Assembly: GCA_036172245.1 (NCBI GenBank)
Contig: JAYWIR010000036.1
Coordinates: forward strand, 1,736,001-1,800,000
Direction: 5' to 3'
DNA from: Raillietiella orientalis
Lineage: Eukaryota
DNA length: 64,000 nucleotides
Shown: positions 12,537-24,750 of the stretch, in pieces
Position numbering within the stretch: position 1 is the first letter of the stretch
Layout of the letters: each line of letters begins with the position of its first letter
Program-made: the position numbers and the translations under genes
The notes under the pieces: generated by a model
The model's input: the letters and a program-made list of their open reading frames with translations, nothing else
What the model was told of the DNA's origin: nothing
Database searches by the model: none

Positions 12537-15099
12537 TTCAGCCGCGTTTCGACGTTTCCCGCAGGTGTTCCCATGGAGCTCCGGACGATTCGTTGGTACC
12601 AACCCAAACGAAGTCGGTTTCCGTCTTTCCGTTTGTCCTTTTTCGTTTCAAACAAAATTACAAGAGAGCAACGCAAAGTGTGTGAGTTTATGTGAGAAGA
12701 CGTCGGACAAGCCGTATTCTGACGTGGTTAAATTTTCCCAAAACTCACAAAGTCACCTATAAGCTCATTCAGTGTATGCGTCTCCAGCATACTTAACCAC
12801 GGGTGGGGAAACGATCTCTTTTCTACAATTCTATCAATAAGTTATGGCGGTCATCATCCCCTAAGAGCTCGAAAATAGGACCTTCCTTGGGAACCAAAAG
12901 CTTACCAAATGGACACGTGAAACGAAACTCCCAGCAAAAGTCCCCCCAAAAAGACGTAGGTAGAGGGGAAACTATAAATGAGGTTTCCATGCATGGTTTA
13001 AGTACAAAGATGAATCCAAAGAATCCATGAAAGAGATACGTGATGGAAGAGAGAGGTACTTTCGAGTATCAATAATAACCTGCTCGATAAAATGAGCACG
13101 AAAAGCGTTGAGTATGTCGCTGAAGGTTCTCTATGAGACATCAGGCGAAAATTCTGGAGTGGATTTTTAAAGGAAAATCTCGAGATCTCAAAGCACGAAA
13201 CGTTGCAAGTTCTCCAGAGAAAAATGAAGATTCTGACGAGCAACCTTTGCTGACTTGTAACAGATGCGTGTTCTTCAAAACCTTAACAAGCTGCCTTTTA
13301 CTAAGTTCCTACTAGAAATGATTCAAATCAATCCTGAAGTGAGATTTACTACCGTTTTCTCTACATGATTTGAGAAAACATGTTCAAGAAAGTTCTAAAC
13401 TAAAAACCAGTTAGGAATAGCAAGACAAAACCGTCGATTAGGATTCCAAAGATTACCCTGCGATAATCATTAAATGAATTTAAAATGGGATGTACAGAGA
13501 ACTGTCGCGTCTTGATAGTAGACAGCCTTCTTTCTCAAGTTATTAGCTACTAATTTCTGGTTTCCAACAAGAATAACACTGAAGAGAAGCCACATTATTT
13601 TGACAGTTGAGGTGAAATTTTGGAAGGGGGGGAAGAGAACAAAAACTAACCAATGCTGTTTGCATTTTATCAATAACTATTGTTTTTGAGATTTACAGGA
13701 AGCTGCAATGTAATGCATACACTCTGCAAGGAAGCACCTATATTATCCTTTGGCATGCTTTGACTTCGACAGTCACCAGATGAAATCTCGATGATCTCAA
13801 TCCAGCTCACGCAGGGTACTTTTAAAAAGTCCGAGTCATGATGCCGAGATTGGATTCCGATTTTATATGAAGATGTATTACAAGATTTCAAGCACAAGAA
13901 GCACAGTTTCTCTTTATTTTGTTATACTCATTATTGGAGTCTGTGCACTTTGCGCTCAGTTACCCTTAATCTGCATTTATGGAAATGATATGGAGCATAT
14001 ACTTCAAGATCAGTTAAAAGACAAACGATAGAAGGTATAGGAGTTTTATAAAGAAGGTTCATATTGATTGAAAAAGACAAGTATGAAGATGTGAAAGTGA
14101 TAAAATGGACAGAATTCTCCAAATACAATATGGAGATAAAATGTGGAGTTTTTGTGTTTGACTGTTTCCGTGAAGAATGCCGCTCTTGTAGAGGTTTGTG
14201 AATATGGACATCTGACGCTCCGAATCATTCCATCATCTTTGGGAATTTTGCGTCAAAAAAAAAAAAAAAAAAAAGCTTCTCAGAAGGGAAGAAGAAGAAA
14301 AGAATGGAAAGAAAGTCGATTAGAGAGATCAGGAAACCTTGTAACTTCAATGAGGCAGTTTGGTTTTCTAAAAAGTGTAGGGCCCCAGAGCACACGCAAA
14401 TAGGTTTGAAAAAAAAAAAAAAAGGTTTCATCAACTAAGAATAAAGAACAGAATTGAAGATGGATACAAAAACAAGAGGACACGTTATTATACGACTGAT
14501 CATGTGAACTATATGGAATCAGGAAAATATAGATAAACTGAGGCAGGGAATGTTTTGAAATAAGAAGATTCATCTTTAAACAAGGGAATAGTCCGGATAA
14601 AAAAGTATGAATTAATCATTCACTCTTTTCAATTACCGAGGGCACGAGATAGAGCAGACTGAAATTGCAGAAGCATAGATGGATAGCTTGAGCATTTATC
14701 GGATTCATTATCTCTCCAGGCAGGGCTTCGCACACTATATAAATATTAAAGTTTGCCTCGGCCGTCGGCTCTCGTGACGGGATGCGAGTTCTCGGAAGAG
14801 AAAGGAGTTTCGCTGAGTGAACTGACTCCCACCTTCTGCAGCTAGGAGTCTCGTGTCCAAAGCATGGGGAAAGTGGAACAGATCTTCAACTCCATCCTTT
14901 TCGATGTTCCCTTCTTTATTTTCGTTTTGAGCTTTTTTTTTTTCCCCTGATTTGTATCGAGCCCCATGCAGAGGAGGAAAATTTCAAGAAGTGGCTTAGC
15001 GCAAAAGACATGCGAGAATCGCACCTGACGATGGCACTGTTTTCAGATTTTCGCTTAACTCGATAGATGAAGAAAGAGAAAGAAATTTCTTTTGCTGCA

Positions 15100-17100
15100 T
15101 GATGTGTCTTTCATCTCGAGAGAGGCTGTGGACCTCTTTTCTTGGGAACTCTCAAAACTCTCGGAATAGCAGGGACCACTTTCCTTTAAGTTTCTTCTAC
15201 GCTCGCCTTCCTGAGACGAAAGGAAGAGTTCGAGGCCGCAGATTTCGCTTCCAGGAGCAAGCCCGCGCTGCAGTGGTCGCTCCAAACCAGCGTTCCAGTG
15301 GGGGAGTACTCTGGGAGCAGAGCCTCCTCAGAGTGCGTCTGGGGTGAATCGACGTTCGGCTGGTTCCACCGCGATGCCCCAGGGGGATGAAGCACTCGAG
15401 GTGACGCGGCAGAGCTTAGCATCCGTTTCAAGACGGCGGACTCTAGTTGGAAATCCGCACTCTGAGGAAGCCGAAGCGGAACTCTTAGAGCGAAGGGACT
15501 CTGACGAAGGGACAGTGGCCTTTTCTGACAAAGATGTGACCAGGGGTGGTGGCGGCACGAAACGTTCCTCTGGGAGTGGTCACCCGAATCGACCGAGTGG
15601 CGCTTCGGAAAGGATTCTGCTCGGGAAGCAAACGGTGAAGTTGCGTTTGCTTACGGGCGGTGGGTCAGGCCGTGCGCGTCACGTCCTGGTGGTGCGGGGT
15701 GGGGGCACGCGACCTCCCGGAACTCTTCGCGAGGCCGAAGGAGTGGTTAGCATCCCGCCGCCTTGGTCCTTTCCCAAGCGCTTCCTGCGCACATCCGGCT
15801 GAGGGGGAGTCGGACTGGAGAACCGCCACCGGCGGAGGACCCGTTATCTGGAGACACCCGCGAAGACGACCGCCTCCTCCATCCGGTCCCTGCAAGCTGA
15901 CCACGATGTCTGACATCCGGCTCGAGCTCAGGTCCGGAGTGCCCCCGAAAAAGATCCATTGGGAAAAGGGGGAGGAAGGGAGTGAATCCGCTCCTGGAGG
16001 GATTCCTGGGGTGGCCGGCGAAAGGAGGAGCTCACACTGGGGGTCATCGCGCCGCCGGCCTTCCGGTTCTCTCCGCAAACCCGCCCTTCCGCAGAGATTT
16101 GTGCGCTCTGCCGTGGCCCGGACGACGAGGGTAGAGGGCGGCAGCTGGCCTCGCGTCCTTCCGAATCGCGGTGGCGGTCTTCGGTCTTCCGGTTTGACCG
16201 GGCGCCACCTTGGCGAAGGTCGGAAGGTTCAGTGGGATGAGGCTGCCGTAGCAGCGCGCCGAGACCCGCGCGCGGCCTCCAAGGGGATGGGTTAGGGGCA
16301 CTCGGGACATCTCGTAGGCAGCTGCCGGCCGCCTTCGTATGCCGGAACGCCTCCCGCATCCGGGAACGGTTCCGGGCAGATCTCTACTCCCGGCTACCAA
16401 GCAGGCAGCCTGAGGGCAGGGTCGCGGCTGCCGGGTGGGCCTGTCGCGCGGCTGCCGACTCGTTGCGCAAAGAGGCCGGCCTGATGAGGCGATAGCGGGG
16501 TGGCGGTGGCGCGAGCGGGCGTTGCGAAAGGGCGAAGGCAGGGTCGTCACTCCCCCCTGTCCCGCCTGTGGTTCCGCTCGCGACAGGGCGAGGAGCTGAC
16601 GGATCTGGAAGATCTGCCGAGACAGCAAAGGGCGCCCCTGCACGAGCCCTCTGCTATCGAGCGTCCGCCTGACCCCTCCATCCCCCCTCCTTCCCCTCTT
16701 CGAGGGAACCGCTTCGCGGCCTGGCGGATAGCGCGCGATGTGGCGACCGAAGGCTGCAGCGGCCGCGGGCGATATGAGACCACCTCTTCCTGGAACCTCA
16801 CCCCATCCCCTCCATGCCTCCCCTCGCGGAGACCCCTTCGTGTTCCGAGGGGTCGCGCGCTACCGACCGCCTGCCGCGGCTGGGGGAGAGGCGAATCCGA
16901 GGGATCACCGAGAAACTCTCGCCTGGAGGAGGCCGACGCCCGGGTTGCCATGGGGAACCCCCCGCCCGTTCGTCTACTGCGGGAACGGCCTCCGAAGGAG
17001 GGGAGGCGAGGGAATCCCCCGGCAACCGGGGCTTTGGCAGTGCCTCTGGAGGCCTTCTCGACGGATCCGCTGCATCAACCGTGGCACTGGTTGCTCAGAC
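15100..17100 (+). mobile_element. Eroded L1/Tx1-like non-LTR retrotransposon relic (APE and RT remnants)
   Basis: Ordered remnants: PETK...SSGGVLW (~QETK...GGVAI), VIWRHP (~DxWRxxHP), AAFVC (~KAFD), GVAKGRRQGRHSPLSRLWF (~RGVRQGxPLSPLLF), RIARDV (~YADDV). Frameshifted, boundaries approximate. Confidence 0.45.
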
Positions 17101-17892
17101 GACCGCGCCCCAGGGCCACGCGTGCCCCCTGCTGAGCAGCGTTCGGCACGCTCGCGTGGCGGCGGGCAGGGAGAGGAAGGGGCGACCGGCATTCGAACCG
17201 CTCCCTCAGCGGGACTTTCCGCTCATCCTTATCGACGGGAGCGCCACCTCCTCGCTGTGGAGACGCTGGCATCGGTCTCCCCAGCCCCTGGCCAACCTGC
17301 GGCGGGCGCGGGCCCACGGGAACGGTTCCGCTCTCGCGGGGAGGCCCTGAGAGGGAAGAGGAGGGGGAGACGTCCCGGTGTCTCCAGGGCGACGCCGCAT
17401 GTTGAGCAACCGCTGCATCTGGATGAGGAGCCGGAGGCGGCGCGCCCGTGCCCGAGGATGGTGACGTGGGTCCCGTTATCTCGACGGCCTTATCTCCCGG
17501 GGAGCCTCACCGCCGGCCTTGGGCGCTTTCCGGATGGCAGTCCGGCGGCAGCGGCGCGCGCGCCCGCCGGCGCCGTTTGTCGCCCCCGTCTCCCGGTGAG
17601 GTCGACCCGCGACTCCCTCCCTTCCTTCCCCCTTCGCGCATCGGCAAAGAAGGGGAGAAGGAAGGTGAACGTGCGAAGGCCCGCTCCCACCTCGGGAGGG
17701 CCCTTCTTCTCCCCTCGCGGGGCGGGTCAGGGTCATGGGGCGGATGCGACCTCCGGCCGCGTGCGGGGTGGCCGGGGTGGTGAGATGCTTCCTTGGATTC
17801 CTTTTCTCACGAGGCTCCTCCACGTTGCAGTTCCCGCGCGCCGGCCCCTCCCCGCCTCCCGAGCGACTGACCGACGCCCCGCTGCTTGCCCC

Positions 17893-20404
17893 ATGGTGGC
17901 GCTCCGGAGAGCCAAGGAGTTCCTCAGGAAGCTGCTGCGCAAGAAGCGCTTCGACTACGAGGACACGCCCCTGGCGAGGATCCTCAGCACGCTGGATCTG
18001 ACCCTGCTGGGCATTGGGTCGACCATGGGGGTCGGCATCTATGTCCTGGCTGGGGAGGTGTCCCGCCTGAAGGCGGGCCCCGCCATCGTGGTCTCCTTCC
18101 TGTGCGCCTCCGTGGCGGCCATCTTCTCAGGTGAGTTCGGGGCAGGGAGAGGAGCGACACGCAAGACCCTCCCCTCAGGCCTCTGTTACGCTGAGCTGGG
18201 CGCGCAGGTACCCAAGGCGGGGTCGGCGTTCGTCTACAGCTACGTGACCATCGGCGAGTTCATGGCCTTCAGCATCGGCTGGAACCTGGTCCTGGAGTAC
18301 ATGATAGGCAAGCCGGGGGAAAGGAGGGGGAGTCGACTGGGGAAGAAGCGCTTCCGTCCCGCCGCCCCCGCAGGGACCGCAAGTGTCGCCAAGGCCTTCA
18401 GCGGGTACCTCGACTTCCTCAGCGGCGGTGCTCTCTCCGAAGGCCTCAACCGCTTCCTGCCCATCGGCCTCCCCTACCTATCCAAGGAGTTTGACGTCCC
18501 GGCCTTCTTCGTGCAGTTCGGCGTCGCAGGTCAGCCCCTGCCCCCCTCCCTTCTCCCCTCTCCTTGTTCTCTTTCCGAGGGCCCCCGCGCGTGACGCTCG
18601 CGCTCCCCCTTCCTCCGTGGTCGTTCCAGTGCTGCTGTCCTCCGGGGTCAGAGAGTCTTCCTTCGCAAACAACGTGCTGACCACGGTGAACATCGGGGTG
18701 GTCTCCTACGTGATCATCGTGGGGTCGTGGAAAGGTAGGCTCGGGGTAGGGAGAGGGGTGGGGTCGACACCCCCGGGCGACGACGACCCACGCCCCCCCC
18801 CGGTGCAGCCGACATCCACAACTGGATGTGGAAGAAGGAGGAGATCCCGCCGGAGGTGCTGCACGCCGGGGACGGCGGTTTCTTCCCCTTCGGCACCAAC
18901 GGGGTGCTGCGCGGCGCCGCCGCCTGCTTTTTCGCCTTCGTGGGATTCGACTGCATAGCGACCACAGGTGCGCCACGCCCTCCGGGGCTCCCCTCCCCGT
19001 TCCCCCCCTCCTCCGCTTGCCGAAAAGGACTCCCGCGGGTCACCCCCGAGGGCGAAAAGGCGAGGAGACACTCGACCCCCAAAGGTCCATCCCCATCTCC
19101 ATCGTCCTGTCGCTGCTCTTCATCAGCGCCTCCTACATCGGCATGTCAACGGTCATCAACCTCATGTGGCCCTACTTCGATCAAAGCGTCTCGGCCCCTC
19201 TCATCTACATCTTCGACAAGGTCGGGTGGCCGGTGGCCAAGTGGGTTGTCAGCGTGGGCATCTGCGTGGGCATGTCGTCCAGGTGCGACCCTGTCCCACA
19301 TACCCCCTCCGACCAGCTTCGACCCGACCGTGACCTCCCGCCCCTCCCTCTCGCCAGCATGCTGGGTGCGCTGTTCCCCCTGCCCCGCCTGCTATATGCA
19401 ATGTCCACGGAGGGCCTCCTCTTCCGGATGTTCTCGGACGTCAGCCCCCGCTTCAAGACGCCCGTCAAGGGCACCATGTTCTCCGGGGTGATGTCGGGTG
19501 AGGCACGCCACACGGGCCCTTCCCTCCTCCTCGATCGCGCCCCCGGGGCGCGTGCGACACCACCTCTCCCCTCAGGGCTGCTGGCCGCGACCCTCGACCT
19601 CGACCAGCTCGTGGACATGCTGTCCATCGGCACCCTGACCGCGTACACGATGGTGGCCATCAGCATCATGATCCTGCGCTACCAGGCCGAACCGGAAGCC
19701 ACCGAGGTCTCCGCGGGGAGTTTAGGGTGCTGGGGTCAGCTGACTAACCGCGCGCGGAGCGCCTCCCCCACGACGCTGAGCTCCCGAATCTCCCTGTGGT
19801 TCATCTGGACCCTAGGTGAGCCCCCGGGGGGCACGATGGGAAGGGTAGACGGCTTTTCCCTTTTCCAGTGGTGCTCATCTTCGTCCTGGTCCTGCTGGTC
19901 ACCTTCCTGCAGCAACAAATCTTCTCCGACCAGGAACCCGGCCTGATTGTCGTCGTGGTCCTGCTGCTGGCCGCCGTCCTACTGGTCTCCTCTCTTCTCC
20001 GGATGCAGCCGATGCAGTCCAGGACCAAGGGGTTCAAGGTAGGGAGGGTCGCGCCAGCCTCCTCTCTCCCCTCTGCTCCGCCAGATGCCGCTGGTGCCCG
20101 AGCTGCCCATCCTCAGCCTCTTCATCAACATGCTGTTGATGCTGCAGCTGTCCGGAATCGTGTGGGCCCGCTTCGGGATCTGGCTGATCTTGGGTACACC
20201 CCCCGGGGGCAGCGATCCGACCTCACTTCTCATGTCACCCTCCCTCCCCCAGGCACCCTCGTCTACTTCCTCTACGGGATCCGCTACAGCAAGGTGGAAG
20301 CCGAGAACGCGGGTGACCTGACCCTCATTGGGAGACCCAACCCGGGCTTCGAGCTGGAGACTGCCGAGAAGAGCGCCGCCCTGCAGGCGGGAGACGCGTC
20401 CTGA
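17893..20404 (+). CDS. Cationic amino acid transporter (SLC7A1-4/CAT family, APC superfamily), about 606 aa. Exons 17893-18130, 18179-18307, 18374-18529, 18630-18734, 18809-18967, 19060-19282, 19358-19497, 19576-19815, 19869-20038, 20085-20193, 20253-20404
   Basis: [106 protein letters not shown]. The spliced length is 1821 nt, in frame. Confidence 0.96.
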
Positions 20405-20449
20405 ATAAACGAAGCGGGACGAAGAGTACTCCGGAGGAGGAGAAGGTCA

Positions 20450-22980
20450 CACGGGGGCAGGGAAGAAGGGGGGAGGTCACGGGGTCCTCCGATCTCGAAA
20501 GGGGGCTCGACGCTCCCCCTTCTTGTCACTCGGAAGGGCGCCGCCATCCCAGTCGCTGTCTCTCATGCCACGAGACGCCCTCGGGGGGAAGGTGCCCTCC
20601 TGCCGCAACCAGGGCGTCACGAGGCGCCGGCGACCTTCCGAGTGCCCGCCATGGGCGAGTTCCCTGACGGCAGGAGCTCCGGAGAGGAGAGAGGGGCCGG
20701 TCACAGGGGAGGGGGAAGGGGGTGCTTGGATGGAACGGATGCGCCCCAGCTGGACCGCGGTGCCACCGGATCCTTCTGGTGCAGGGGCGCTGGCGCCCTC
20801 CCCGACTTCAGGCGGGCTCGAAGCAGGGCAAAGCGGCGGCACCTCCTGGTAGCTCCGAGTCCATTGCACCGGTCTGATGGCCAAAGTGCCTGCGGCTGTC
20901 CCCCTTCGGTTCCGGACTTGAGCCCCTCCCTCGCTTGCTCGAGGGATCCGCGCGCCACCGTCACTTCCGCCCCCTCCCAATCGCGCCATCCCGTCTTGAC
21001 CACGCGAAGGGTGCGGGTCCCAAGCACGGGAACGCACACGCGCCCAAAGGACACAGGGATAGCCGGCACGAGACGGCAGCGCCAGCGTCGCCGCTGTCTC
21101 ATGCTGCGTCCGCGGCACCCAGACGGCTCGTTCTTGCTGCTGGCTCCACCATCGGCAGCAAGAGGTCACCTCCGTAGCCGCTGGCGGTTTTCCCCTGTTC
21201 TCTGGTCGTGAGGAGTCATTGCCCGCATCACTCAAGGGTAAAGATCAGAGGTCCGGAAGGACTGCAGCCTGATGACCTTTCCCTCCTTCACCCCCATCAT
21301 TTCCTTCATTTACTGATCTCTCCTCTTTTGCCGGCTCCGACCTCTCCCGCCGACCCAACTGCCCCTAGCGGAAAGTCCCATCCCCATTCTGCACTTCTGT
21401 TTGTCTCGGTACGCGGAGGTTCCCACGTGACCGAGCGAAAGTCAGTCTGGAACGCGGACTGAGGCTCGTCCGGATGCCGTTGCCAAGGCAACGCTCCTGG
21501 AAAGGCTCGTTTGCCGCATGTGGTTCTTTCCAGACTGACCCTCTCTCGGTCACGAAGGGACCTTTGGCTGAGGTGACTTTGGAGAATAGGGCGCAGGAAG
21601 TCGCAGGATAGCGAGCCCACCGGGTTGCGCCCCGTGGTCGCCGACGAGACTTGGGGCAGCGCACGCGCCTTGGCTCAAAGGAGGAGGGGTGTTCCTCCCC
21701 CTCCCTCCCTCTTGAGACAGAATGCCGGAACCAGCAAGGAGGAAGACTGCCGGGTGGTGCCGCCGGTGCGGTGGCGACCGGGCTCCTCCCGAAAGGTTCG
21801 AAATCGGACCGCCGGCAGGCGACCGAACGCGAAGCGGCACGTTCCGCGAGGGAGCCGCCCTTGAGCCGCGCCTGCCGCGGTGGCTCCGCCCCTTCCCCCT
21901 GTCGGAAGCGGCCGGAAGATCTCGGGCGCCTCCGCCGCTCCCTCTTTGCATGGGCGGTCTGAGGGGGCGTCGTGGAGCGCACGCCCGTCAGAGCGGGCAG
22001 CTCCCTTCCGGGAAGGGGGAGAGGGGCGTGGACGGGAAGCGCGCGATCGCTCAAGGTCTGCTCCGTTGCCATGGAGCTTGCCGAGGCTGTCGTGCTCTGC
22101 CGTGGACTCCATGGCTCCACCCCCGGCGCCAGAGAAACGCCCGAATCCAGGAAGCGATCGAGGAGATTCAAACGGAAGGGAGGAGAGCGGCAATCGAACA
22201 GGACAAGAAGAGCTTCCTCGAGGGAGAGGAAGGGAAAGGTACGGGTTCTTGGAGATTCCCTCCCTCACGTTGTTGTTGTCTGCTGCTGCTGGACTTCGCC
22301 CACGCTCGAGGGCATCTCATCCGCCTCCCCACGCGCCTTCCTGGACCCGCATCCAGCCGCCACGCGTCCGGCGCGTCCTGCTCGTATTCTTCCAGCAGCA
22401 TCTGGACCAGGTCGGCGCGTCTCTATGGCCTCGGCTCTGGGCATCCCCCTTCCGCCAATTCGGGCTTCTCACTTCGCTCTGTACCCCGGATACAAGGGCG
22501 AGGAGCGTCTTGCGGAGGGAAAGAAACAAACAGCCAGGGGAAAGCGGGGAAACTCCGGGCGCCGGGAGCGTCCGAGGAGGACGAATAGGGTCGGGCAGCT
22601 CTCTGGAAAAAAACAGGAACGAGGGGCAAAGCCGGGTGCCGCGAGGGTTGTCGCCGTCGAGGGCCTTCACATTGTACGGCCCGTAGAGCTGCCCGATCTC
22701 GACGCCGTCAAGGGTCGACTTGGGCCTTCCGATCCTCCGCGCAGCATCGGCGAACCTCTGGAAAGCAGAGGAGCGTGGCCGCTCCTGAGCGCCCCTATCA
22801 AGGGGGAGGGGGTACCCCATTGCGGACAGCGCGCTCTCTTGGCCGCAAGAGGAAGAAAAGGGAGTGCCGAGCGCGTCTACCACGTCCTCGCGCGAAGGGA
22901 AGAAGGCGCGCCATAGAGGCGCCTGCCTCCTGCGCCACCCACTGCCACTGCGGCAGCACCCTCTCCCAGAGCACGGAGGG
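20450..22980 (-). mobile_element. Eroded L1/Tx1-like LINE ORF2 relic (APE endonuclease plus RT)
   Basis: Ordered APE remnants: TLDGVEIGQLYGPYN (~NVYGPN), LVQMLL..APDAWRL (~LxDAWR), LLDRFLDS (~SRLDRFLxS), LSDRALPV (~LSDHxxV). Ordered RT remnants: QERAVWVPRT (~QxGFVPGR), RAWD (~KAFD), MARLG, YQEVPPLCP (~RQGxPLSP), LAHGGH (~LAYADD). Confidence 0.6.
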
Positions 22981-23049
22981 TCACCGGGAACCGCCCCATC
23001 TCCAGCAAGCGCCAACGGTGACAAACAAAAAAGACAAATGAAACAAAAG

Positions 23050-24750
23050 ATGTATAAAAAAAATGGGAGGATTCGGGAAGGGATCACCGGGTGCTGGAGG
23101 GTATCCTCTGCATCCTTGTAAGGATGCCGGCAAGTTTCTGTTTCAAGACTCCCAGATGGAACCATCTTGACGCTATCCTCATGAAGAGGACATCCAAATA
23201 GATGGGTCCCAGTCGTCCTGGCCTCCTCTGGCATTGCTGATACGTGCAGCCACGATCCCGTGTAGGCAGCAAAGTGCAGCCAGGGATGCGGTCGGCGTGA
23301 GGGCGTCGTGCGAGAATAGGCGCTATAAAACGTCTCTGGGGTTGTCCTCGGGGATCCGCAGGGACTCGGCGAAGCGTTCCCACATGGGGCGGAGGGCAAC
23401 ACACTCCATGAGAAGGTGTGGGAGGGACTCTCTTTCTCCACACCTACCGCAGTTGGAGCTCACACTCCCCCGGGTCCAATGTCGGCGGGCGTTGCACGGG
23501 AGGCCCTAATCCAACAGAAGGATCTCCGAATCCTGCCACTTTGGGGGGAGGGTTGCCCTGTTCTTGCATGCGGGGGTCCGCTGTATCTCATCCAAAGGAA
23601 TTTTTAGTAGCCTTCTCCAGCGTAGCAGTCCTTTTGGAGGGACACTCTGAGTGGCAGCATCTGTCAGCTACCGAATTGTCCATGAGTTTAGATGTTTTCT
23701 TCTATTTTCGATAGTGCACATCACCTTCCACCTTGCCGGAAAGTCGTTGTCCCTAGCTTCCCGTAGGGAGGGCAGCACTGGGGCTAAAGGGGTGAACGAC
23801 GCCGAAAGCAGATTCCTTATGCTACTCAGGATCTTCCTCAACGACTGACGAGTGTATCTGCTATTTCGTAGGCAGATGCACTCTGCCTCGCTCATACCGT
23901 TGATTTTACCCCATGCGAAAACGGACTCCTGGCGCCAAGTAGCCCAATTCGCGGGGAGGACGGAGATCCAGGAATTTCGTTGTATCAAGGCAACCACTTG
24001 GCGAAGTTGAGAGTAAGGATGGCTCAAACTTCTCTCGATGGCCATGACGACCGACGTCAATCCCTCGCAACCAGTTGCTCGCTCGGCGAGGATTCTAGCC
24101 GGAGTGCACCAAGGCGTAGTCCAAAGTTTGGATGTACAGTGCGAGTTTTTGGAATTGGTTGCCACTTTGGAAGTGAGCCCAGAGAAACTGCGACTAGTGT
24201 AGGGCCTCCTACGCAAACCGCTGGGAGATTGGACTGGGAGATCTACAAGATTGGACGCAGTGGTCCCGGATAGCCGTCACACACCATGCCACAGATCTGT
24301 CTGTCCTCAGGGCAAGAAATGACAGCAGTCTACCGGCGGGGAGGAAAGTTTGCTTGCAGCATTGCAGGAGATGAAAAACTCCTGGCCGGCTGACAAATGA
24401 GCCACTTCTCGTTTCCGGGCAAACGGACTCCTTTGGTGAAGTGACGTGCTTGGTGTGCTCTCCGAAGAACTGGTGGTTCCTTCCCCTTGCGTAGACACCC
24501 CTGTATTCCGGCTACGCTGGAAACGGGATGTTCTGTTTCTGCACTGCGGATTCCAGTGCAATCAGTGGAGGCACTGGTTTATGGGGGAGTTGCCTCCCGA
24601 ACTGTTCGAGGTGCGGGGCGATGGAATCGCTCCGCTCCTCCCGTTGGACTGCAGTGTCCTGGAGGACTTGTGAAGGAAGACTCGCTTCGGTGCTCCGTCG
24701 ACCGCAGGACACTGCAACGTACTTGCTGCGGCGATTCTTCACTGAAAGTG
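23050..24750 (-). mobile_element. Second eroded L1/Tx1-like LINE relic (3' half of RT plus C-terminal zinc-knuckle region), directly upstream of the previous copy
   Basis: TVREATPP/PPLIALE (~GVRQGxP...IALEP), EHTKHVT (~AYADDVT), LPTRDR and YQQCQ..TTGTHLFGCP (~zf-RVT/CCHC), then a T-rich 3' end at about 23030-23060. Many stops and frameshifts. Confidence 0.5.

Noticed and set aside
12800..14600. Possible gene or LINE relic (RQFGFLKSVG resembles an RT QFGF motif)
   Set aside because: A single weak motif among many stops cannot support a call.
16470..16535. CTGATGA...GAAA hammerhead core
   Set aside because: Stems II and III cannot be formed convincingly.
16738..17892. Long N-terminal extension of the transporter ORF
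   Set aside because: CAT similarity begins at ATG 17893. The upstream frame is GC-rich, partly relic-derived and has no transporter features.
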